Source: Hormiphora californensis
Lineage: Eukaryota > Animalia > Ctenophora
Assembly: GCA_020137815.1 (NCBI GenBank)
Contig: CM035358.1
Coordinates: forward strand, 7,378,001-7,442,000
Length of the DNA stretch: 64,000 nt
Reading direction: 5' to 3'
Position numbers and translations under genes: made by a program. Of the stretch, positions 55,793 through 64,000 are shown one piece after another. The notes under the pieces were generated by a model. The model had not been told where the DNA came from and did no database searches. It worked only from the letters and a program-made list of their open reading frames with translations. How positions within the stretch are numbered: the first letter of the stretch is position 1; each line of letters opens with the position of its first letter.

Positions 55793-58700
55793 ATGCTGAA
55801 ATGTGTTTTGTTTGTCCTGGTCCTTTTAGGCCTTGTAAAAGGTGCCTGTCACAAAGCCGAACTGAACAACTTTCTCCTGAACTTTTGTCCCATACCGGAC
55901 AGCCCACCTGCCAACAAGCCGGATACTAGCCCCCAACCTGTCCTCTTGAAATTCCAGTGTATCTCCTCTCCGAACACGTCATTCCTCGTTGGCATTCATG
56001 TTGACCCGGTGTTTCGATCCTTCACCACGACTGTCTCACAACTCTGTCCCAATGACACCCACGAATACCAAGCTTGCGGTATTAGTGCCATCCGCCCTGG
56101 GATTCTGAGTAGTACCACTCTTACCACTACTAAAACTATCCCCGCACCCATCCACAACACACCACCTGTCTGTGGTAAAATGTGCTGGAGTGACCGACTG
56201 GAACAGTATAGATACACGTCACAACAAGATTGTAATATAGAGGGTGGGAGGGTAGAAGGTGATTGGTACAAGCCAGCCAGGGCGCCTTCATGGTTACAAT
56301 TTGAAGTACCTCCCCTGTATCTTTGCAATGGTGTGTGCGATTTCCATCTGAACTCTGGAACCATGTCCATTGGGTGGAGATGTATTGATGAGAGCGAGTG
56401 TAATGGTCTGTACTATGGGACATTCATGGAGTTCTTTCTCCACCCATTTAATGGTATTGCCAACACCACAGTTCACTCTCAATACTGCCATATTGACAGT
56501 ACATCAAGGTTCCCCTTGACCAATGCTACCCGGTGTTTTCCCTTCCTCGGGATCAATGATAGAGGTGGCAGACATACTACCACTCGTTCATTTAGCACAT
56601 ACTGCCTGAACGGACACGACCAAACCAACTGCACTGATACCACTCTAGTGGTTGGAGAGTGTTTGGTAGAGGGTTACCCTGCCACTGTCTCACGGTACAT
56701 CCTATGTGCTGAGAATGTACCGACCCTCTGTAACGATGGAGTAGATAAGGAGTGTGTTGGTGGCCGGTGTAGAACACATAAACACGCTCTATGTGATGGG
56801 TGGGATGACTGTCCCCACACAGCTGGGGATGATGAGAACCATGGCACATGTGATCATCTCACTGAGAGGAGTTGTGTTAGGAGGATGGCGGTACACCGGG
56901 GTCCCCAGCCCATACCCCTCTCCTGGGTGCATGACGGGGTGGTGGATTGTGTGGGTGGTGAGGATGAGGGGGGTGGGTGGGAGTGGTGTGGGAGTGGACT
57001 TACTGCTAGAGTTAAGAAGTCCCCCGGTGAGGTGTGTCGGGATGTAATGTTGTGTCTGGCAGGGGAGAGTCACATGTTCCTGCAGTTAGAGGATGTGTGT
57101 TCCTCGAGGGAGGTTTGTGGTGGTCGGGCGTGTGATAACTCTAGACACATCCCCGTGATATCAAGAGAGGTAACCAAGGAGGTTACCATGGTTACCAAGG
57201 AGGTTACTATGGTTACCAACGAGGTAGGGGATGGTGCTCGTGTAATGGTGGGTGGAGGGTGGTGCCAGAGAGGACTTCAACTACCAGGGTTGAAATGCAT
57301 CCAAGTAGAGTTCAACCATCCATACCACACCTTCTTTGGTAAGGATCTGACTACCCAGGTCCTTGTTCTGGATATGAAACAGGACTGCCGGTACATGTAC
57401 GGAGAACAATATGTGTACCATGCATGTCTAGACCGGTGTCATAAAGCCCAATGTCCCCTATCTAGACCCATTTTAGTGTCTTCTTGTCAGAACATCCCGC
57501 ACCCACGTTACTCGCTTGCACCTCATGGCATAACCGTAGTTCAGCGGGATAGACACGGGTATAAGAATGATCTCTTCCCGTGCAACACAACCTCGATATG
57601 TGTCCCATTCTCTACTGTGTGTGATCTGGTTAATGACTGTGGGGATTGGTCGGATGAGGTGGGTTGTGTCAACCATTACACGTGTATTGGTGAAGGAACC
57701 CTACTGGCAGTGAGCCAGATGTGTGATGGAGTAGTTGACTGTCATGACTTGTCTGATGAGTGTAATAGTGCCTGTCGTAGGAATGTCATCACTAGCACTG
57801 CAACCTTGGTAGTTTCAACTATTATGGGCTTTCTAGGGGTCATCCTGAGTCTTCATCTCATCCTGAAAGGGTTGAATAATAGCGCTGGTAACAAGAGAAG
57901 TAGTTACGTCAACAAGACCTTTGTAACTCTAATAGCAGCAGGGGACTTCCTCACATCATCCTACCTACTCCTCCTGTCTGCATACCATCTCTATATCGGT
58001 AGTGGGTATTGTGAGATCCAACTAGACTGGTTGAGTGGGTGGCCGTGTGTCCTGCTAGGTGTTATCAGTACCACAGGAGCAACCGTCACATCTCTCAGTA
58101 TGGCAGCTGTGAGTCTGTTCAAGGTTCACGGTACAATCCGGGCACTGAGGTACAGGAGGTCGAGGGAGGCTAACCCGGGCTTCAAAGCAAAGATATCCCT
58201 CATTATCGTGATAATCCAACTTGTCTCGGTGGGTTATGCAGTTGTACCAGCTGTACCACCATTAGAGGACTGGTTTGTGAATGGTATTAGGTTTGAGAGT
58301 GGTATCATGTTGTTTCTTGGTGTCATGACAAAGGATCGATTGTTGCAGATAGTTCAGGGTTACCATGGAACCAAGATGATAGCCAGAAGTGTGACAGACC
58401 TCTCCTGGTCCAGAATCAGGAACATTGTTGATGATCTCTTCTCTAGCGATTCAGGAGGTATCCAACAAAGGAAGATATCATTCTACGGGAATGACCCAGT
58501 TTGTTTGTTCAAGTTCTTTGTCCTCCCGGACGACCCGCAGGTATTGTTTGTCTGGGGCCATCTCTCCCTGCACTTTGCCTGCTTTGTCATTGTCGCAGTT
58601 TGTCATGTCATGATAGGTGTACTGGTAAGGAAGAATGCAGTAGAGGGCATCAACAGGAAGACTAACATAAACAGGAAAGTTAGTCTCATCTGTGTAACGG

Positions 58701-58924
58701 ATTTCTGCTGCTGGATGCCCTTTCTAATTTGTTGTGCCCTCCACACAGCCGAGGTGGTTGATATGTCACCGTGGTACCAGGTCTTCTCCCTCAACATCCT
58801 ACCCCTCAACTCGGTACTGAACCCTCTACTACACAGCGACCTCCCTTTGAAGCTTTGGAGGAGAATAAAGATCACAGCTCCCCCAGTTGTTGGCCCAGAA
58901 CCGAGAGACAATCCAGAGAACTAG
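55793..58924 (+). CDS. Intact single-exon LDLa-repeat class A GPCR (~1043 aa), no LRRs seen
   Basis: Signal peptide MLKCVLFVLVLLGLVKG; LDLa repeats (CDGWDDCP, DGVVDCVGGEDE, CDLVNDCGDWSDE, CDGVVDCHDLSDE); 7TM with FYGNDPVCLFK, TDFCCWMPF, ILPLNSVLNPLLH. Confidence 0.92.
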   Translation: MLKCVLFVLVLLGLVKGACHKAELNNFLLNFCPIPDSPPANKPDTSPQPVLLKFQCISSPNTSFLVGIHVDPVFRSFTTTVSQLCPNDTHEYQACGISAIRPGILSSTTLTTTKTIPAPIHNTPPVCGKMCWSDRLEQYRYTSQQDCNIEGGRVEGDWYKPARAPSWLQFEVPPLYLCNGVCDFHLNSGTMSIGWRCIDESECNGLYYGTFMEFFLHPFNGIANTTVHSQYCHIDSTSRFPLTNATRCFPFLGINDRGGRHTTTRSFSTYCLNGHDQTNCTDTTLVVGECLVEGYPATVSRYILCAENVPTLCNDGVDKECVGGRCRTHKHALCDGWDDCPHTAGDDENHGTCDHLTERSCVRRMAVHRGPQPIPLSWVHDGVVDCVGGEDEGGGWEWCGSGLTARVKKSPGEVCRDVMLCLAGESHMFLQLEDVCSSREVCGGRACDNSRHIPVISREVTKEVTMVTKEVTMVTNEVGDGARVMVGGGWCQRGLQLPGLKCIQVEFNHPYHTFFGKDLTTQVLVLDMKQDCRYMYGEQYVYHACLDRCHKAQCPLSRPILVSSCQNIPHPRYSLAPHGITVVQRDRHGYKNDLFPCNTTSICVPFSTVCDLVNDCGDWSDEVGCVNHYTCIGEGTLLAVSQMCDGVVDCHDLSDECNSACRRNVITSTATLVVSTIMGFLGVILSLHLILKGLNNSAGNKRSSYVNKTFVTLIAAGDFLTSSYLLLLSAYHLYIGSGYCEIQLDWLSGWPCVLLGVISTTGATVTSLSMAAVSLFKVHGTIRALRYRRSREANPGFKAKISLIIVIIQLVSVGYAVVPAVPPLEDWFVNGIRFESGIMLFLGVMTKDRLLQIVQGYHGTKMIARSVTDLSWSRIRNIVDDLFSSDSGGIQQRKISFYGNDPVCLFKFFVLPDDPQVLFVWGHLSLHFACFVIVAVCHVMIGVLVRKNAVEGINRKTNINRKVSLICVTDFCCWMPFLICCALHTAEVVDMSPWYQVFSLNILPLNSVLNPLLHSDLPLKLWRRIKITAPPVVGPEPRDNPEN

Positions 58925-59010
58925 ATATACTCCCTGGGGAAGAACAGTCATTATATTGCTGTTAAAATGTCTATAGATTTACTTCAATTTTCCTGCTGTC
59001 CCATTGTGAG

Positions 59011-59856
59011 ATGAAAACGAAGCTCAATATCATCTCCACAGAAACCAGGAGAGTGCTTAGTCTTTGTTCCAGCATCGACTTGGCATGGCCACATTTGGAG
59101 ACACTCCGTAAAAACCTGGTGAACTCAGGCTACCCCCTCACCCGTGTCACCACTTCCATCAGCGAGGAAGTGAGCAAGCACAAGCACACCACCATACACT
59201 CAACCCCACCCACACAGCTATCACCGTCCACCCCAACCCCCACCCCCACCCCCACCTCTCACCCTCCCTCTCCCCCACCCCAACCCCCCTCCCCTAACCC
59301 TGCGCCGGACCCCAAGTTCGTTCTCAAAATACCCTACGTCAACGAGGCATTGACCCGCAAGTTCAAGTCCAGTGTAGCCAGAACCGGCATACCCATCCGG
59401 GTAGTCACCACATCTGGAAGGACGGTGAAAAGCGAGGTAAAAGCCGCCCTCTGCCGGAAGCTCGCCCCGGAACCACCTTGCAACTGCAACCTTCACCAGT
59501 CCGACATCCCCTGCAACACGAGGAACGTGGTTTACCAAGCCACCTGCCGCAGGTGCTCACAACAGTACATTGGTGCCACAGCAAGACCACTGAGAGAGAG
59601 GGTTAACGAACATGAGAGCAGTCAGCGCCTCGGCAATGACCGGAGTTCCCTCGGCAAGCACCTAATGAACGACCACCCAGAGGCAGTAACAGGACAGAGG
59701 AACGCGAGAGATTACGAGAATTTTCTGAACAATTTTGATTTTAGAGTACATAGTAGAGGAAAAGATGCTCTAGAGACATTTTTGAAAGAGAATATTACAA
59801 TTCAGAGGGTGCGCCCGAGCCTGAATGAATGCCAACAGAACGGGTTCATGTTCTGA
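59011..59856 (+). CDS. Penelope RT thumb + GIY-YIG endonuclease (C-terminal fragment)
   Basis: NSGYP, LKIPYV, NVVYQATCRRCSQQYIGATARPLRERVNEH, SSLGKH, KE.I....PSLN. Confidence 0.88.
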   Translation: MKTKLNIISTETRRVLSLCSSIDLAWPHLETLRKNLVNSGYPLTRVTTSISEEVSKHKHTTIHSTPPTQLSPSTPTPTPTPTSHPPSPPPQPPSPNPAPDPKFVLKIPYVNEALTRKFKSSVARTGIPIRVVTTSGRTVKSEVKAALCRKLAPEPPCNCNLHQSDIPCNTRNVVYQATCRRCSQQYIGATARPLRERVNEHESSQRLGNDRSSLGKHLMNDHPEAVTGQRNARDYENFLNNFDFRVHSRGKDALETFLKENITIQRVRPSLNECQQNGFMF

Positions 59857-60027
59857 TCAGTTTCTGACTAGTTTAGTCTTACACGGGTCCACCCAGACTT
59901 ACAAACTATCAGAACACGGACCCGTCTGCGATCATATTTCGGACCGGGTAAACCCACTAATTGACCGGTTATGTGTTATGTTTATGAAGGAGCACCGTTT
60001 AAATTAGTGCATTTTGTTTACAGACGT

Positions 60028-60081
60028 TAGCTTAACACTGAAGAGGACATTCTTATGTCGAAACGTTTGTTATAATAGCTA
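60028..60081 (+). ncRNA. Minimal type I hammerhead ribozyme
   Basis: taaca-CTGAAGA-g-gacat(tctt)atgtc-GAAAC-GTT-tgtta, with stem I extension tagct/agcta and palindromic ACGT stem III. Confidence 0.7.
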
Positions 60082-63000
60082 TTTGATTTTGAACAACTGA
60101 ATCAACGTCTTTTTTCCTGAATGCCTGATTACACGCTAACATACGCGAGACCAGTTCGGAGGTCCAACAGTGGCCCCCACTCCAAGCACTTCAATTTTCC
60201 TGTAATTATACCTTTTTCTAATAAAACCTCTTTCCAAAACTCATGAAACCAATCTTATCTCCCTCTCTCAGAATGAAAATAGTAACTTGTCCCCGGATGA
60301 GAGAAAGTGAGAACTCTCTGTGTCAAAAACTGAGGTAAGAAACCTGTAAACTTGTTGATAAAACAAATTGAGATAATCAACCATGTTGTAGGAATATAAA
60401 TTGATTATCTCTGTTCCGCCTAACTTCTATCAACAAATATGACTCCCACGGATATAAAGCGCATTATGGTGACATTGAATGTCGAACTGACATTGCCTAG
60501 TACGAACGTCGAACTGAAACAATGGCGGTAATGTGTTTAACTCTAATATTCTCTCATCACTGTGTCTCTGGCCTACAGCTGCAATCTGACATTTTCTGCT
60601 CGGCCTGGTTTTACAGATACCAAATAATTGATTTCGATACCTACTGCTGGCATGGCTGAAAAACTTAAACACATAATGGTAAGTTAAATTATAAATTTGC
60701 AGAATTTTACCCCTTGAACACATATCCCACGGTATTCTGTGCACTAGTACACACTTATTATAATGAAATTATGATTCGATAAGATTGAAGATAAAAAATA
60801 ATCATATGTCTAATCGGTTTACGGTAAATTCCGAGAAATTTAATTGCCTTTACTGAAAATACCCGGAAGTAGATCTAATCAATGATCAGAAGTAGGCGGT
60901 ATACAATGTATACACCCATCATACTGAACAATTGTTTCATTGGACATTCACGATTGACACTTTTTGTATGCGTTAATAGCTTTTAGCAGTTATAATACAT
61001 TTTTATCGACCACCTTTTTTTTCTTCAATTACAACAAGATCCTAACTGAGCACAAAAACCTAGCGGATGTATCAATTAGCCAGAGCCTGCACCAACACTT
61101 TGACATCCAACACTATAACAGCAGCTACACTCTGATCGATATATTGCAGGGAGTTAGTATAGTTTGAAACTGTAAATATATAGTCAGTCCACTTAAGCAG
61201 CACTTCCGCCACTAATTTTCAATTAATCAAACACCACTTTGGTACTACTATAACAGCCGCGGCTTTTCCAATTACTATAGAACAACTTCTAGCTTTTTTA
61301 ACTGATCAGTTAGTATCGATCGTCGAATCAAAAGAGCTTCATTGACACCATTCCTTCTGGCGAGCCGTACTGCTGTTGTGATAAAGCACCATTCTTCTAC
61401 TGCTGTTTTACAACATGACCAACAACCCTCCTCCTACAATGGAACAACAACCACCAAATGAGGATCAATTTAAAGAGGATAAGTTCAAGGAGGCTCCCTT
61501 CTCTCCCCACAATCCTCCGTGTAATGTTAGGATCAAGTGTACCCGGTGTAGAAGGTTCTTTATCTATAACAGGGTCCGACAATCTGGATGGGTAAGCAGC
61601 AGCCTCTGTTTTAAAAGACGATTTAGCAGTACCAAAATTCAGTATCAGTAGAACATACTTTATTTGGTTCTGACTCAAAATAATAATAGCTAAGTGCCAA
61701 TCAATATGGATCACCCTAATAACACAGTTGCCAGCTTTTGAACGACTTTATATGTTACGATTATTTCAAGTATAAAAACGCCTTCGACAACAAAATCTGT
61801 GAATTAAATTTAATGAGTTCGTTAGATAGATTTCTACTCGGCGTGTAGTATGCGGTTCACACACTACATATATAATTAGGAAGCTCTAATAATCGGCTTT
61901 TATATAAGTTCATAATATGATTTCTACTTTTGACACTCTTTACTACGGCATCTAACTTACTAAAATTGGCATGTTGAACCTCCAGCTAGACTTGGAAACC
62001 TAAATGGTCTCATTACATTATGGTGTCTAGGTATCGCGGTGGTCGAATATTAATTTCATTTATCTAACCGTGGCATGTGTTTATATTTTGCGCTTTCGGG
62101 GTATCTCATAATATCTTCTCATATTGTATGTCTGCAAAACAAACAATCCTTCCCCACCTCGTACACATCTAGTCACTAGTCGATCTATCTGCCTGCTAAA
62201 CAGATGTTTTTGTCTACACATTCTACCGAACACCAATATTGATTTTCTCTTGTTTAGCTTTGTGGTGTGATCATGGTGTGATCCTTCGAGGTGCGTCGAA
62301 TATAATAGGGAGTATGTTGAGTGAGCGTCATTTTGAAAGTAAAGTAACTGTGATATCATCTAGATTGGTCTAAATATTATTATACGCTGCCGGTGCTGCG
62401 GTCCATCGTAGTAGAAAGATATCCAGATATCATTTATCTATGTTATAATTTCCTGGTATCATGAGCCTATATTGATCCTACGAAGTTTCATTATCTAAGA
62501 TAATGCAACGTCTATATTTGCTTGCAAATTTAACATCTTCAAGTGCACAAATAAGAGTGCACATACAGCATACCAGCATAACTGGCTCGATTCGTTCAAT
62601 ATAGGCTCATTCCAGTACTGGCTCGATTCGTTACGATCAATATAGGCTCAATATACCAGGAAATTATACCCTGCATATTATGTGTTTAGAGCAACTTCTA
62701 TTATTTACACTGATAAAACCGTGACTAACTCGTGGTTTTAGAACTTGTTGTTACTCAACAAATTAAAACCTAATTTCATCCTCAATTAACTAACGAATGT
62801 TACATTTAATTACAATTGTTTTGAATTTGTTCAGCTTGAAGTAGCGAAGCCAATAAGTAGAGAAACTTTAATTCGATGTTTAGGCTTTTTTGCATCAATT
62901 CTATGAATCTTATTAAACGGTAGTGTATCGAATTAAACAAAAAGTCAATTTGCATTATTATCTTTTGGTATGCCCTGCCTAGTTTATATGTGAGCATTTA

Positions 63001-63204
63001 GTAGCCCTGCACTTTCGGCCTGCTAATTTATACATCGGTCAATGGCCAATGAGTTAACTTTGCTTAAACATGTCAGTGTCACATAATTGTTTGTTCTTAT
63101 TTCGAATTGTGTTTAGTTTGAACCGGTAAAGCCAATAAATAAGAGGGGGCAATTGCAAGGATTATAAAAGAGATAAAAAATGAGAGAGATTGAGATTGAG
63201 AGAA

Positions 63205-63259
<55 letters not shown>

Positions 63260-63870
63260 GAGACAGAGGGAAATAAAAGAAGGCTCTATAAATGAGTTTA
63301 TATAAACGACAGGCAAGTGGCAACTAGGACGTCCATTGTCTGTCTTCTACCCGGAAGTGATAGAGTCCGGGTCACTCTCTCACACACATCACATGATCAG
63401 TAGAATTCTGTGAGGGAAAAGGCATAACAGTAACACGTCATTCATCTATATCGATATGTTCAATACTCTAGTCGAGGCTGCGAGATATCAAATTAGAAAA
63501 CCTAAATCCAGTAGTAGAAAACGCAAGGTCAGTTTTTAAGGTTGAGAAACTTTTCGTTTTTTAACAAAGGATTGGTGGGTTTCTATTTTTGTTCAGCGGA
63601 GTCACATGGCTCTGTTCTTTATATTCACACTCTTAGTGTTATAGTGTAATGTCAGCACAATAACTCTGCGGGTCTCTATTAAATACTGAGGCTCTTAATT
63701 TTGTCCGTTAAGTCTCTGAATTGGTTATTTGTTATTTTGTTGCAACAAATTTATTCTAGAATTAAACATAAGTAGGCTAGATTATAATTGCCCGTGCCTT
63801 TTTTATTTCTCCCCTTTGGCCTTTACCAAAAGATTAAATTTTATATTGTACTAATATGTAGGGCAGTTCC

Positions 63871-63990
63871 TGCTCCTTCATAAACCCTTTTACAATTCTA
63901 TCTCTCTCCTCTAGATGCTCCTTCATAAAACCTTTTACATTGCATCATTCTTTCTCGTCTCTAGATGCTCCTTCATAAAACCTTTTACAT
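63871..63990. repeat. ~45-50-bp tandem repeat containing tgctccttcataaa
   Basis: Three copies, running to the window end. Confidence 0.75.
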
Positions 63991-64000
63991 CTCTCTTTCT

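Larger units (their letters stand above)
58996..60187 (+). mobile_element. 5'-truncated Penelope-like retroelement
   Basis: Carries a GIY-YIG ORF and a hammerhead motif; flanked by 15-bp direct repeat ACTTCAATTTTCCTG (58981-58995, 60188-60202). Confidence 0.85.

Noticed and set aside
61415-61651. Short ORF with CxxC and a GTAAGC donor
   Set aside because: No recognisable family and no partner exons found.

Overview
Repeat-rich eukaryotic (animal) DNA with short GT-AG introns, many (GA)n tracts and MITEs. Single-exon LDLa-GPCRs and a nested gene suggest a ctenophore, which is an inference. 0.8-16.7 kb: five intron-containing transposon-type genes, tightly packed. An ISL2EU-type DDE transposase (frameshifted), a SWIM+YqaJ exonuclease and a zinc-finger Ulp1/SENP protease lie on the minus strand, head-to-head with a Myb/SANT-like gene and a Harbinger transposase on the plus strand. 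20-33 kb: an MFS (SLC18B1-like) transporter whose exon boundaries are repeatedly tandem-duplicated, probably hosting a transposon-disrupted LDLa-GPCR in an intron. 35-60 kb: a lone LINE ORF1, a class A GPCR with D3.32/Y7.43, a SPAG8-like gene, an intact LDLa-GPCR, and a Penelope-like fragment with a hammerhead ribozyme. All spliced models were translated by hand and are not confirmed by transcripts or database searches.
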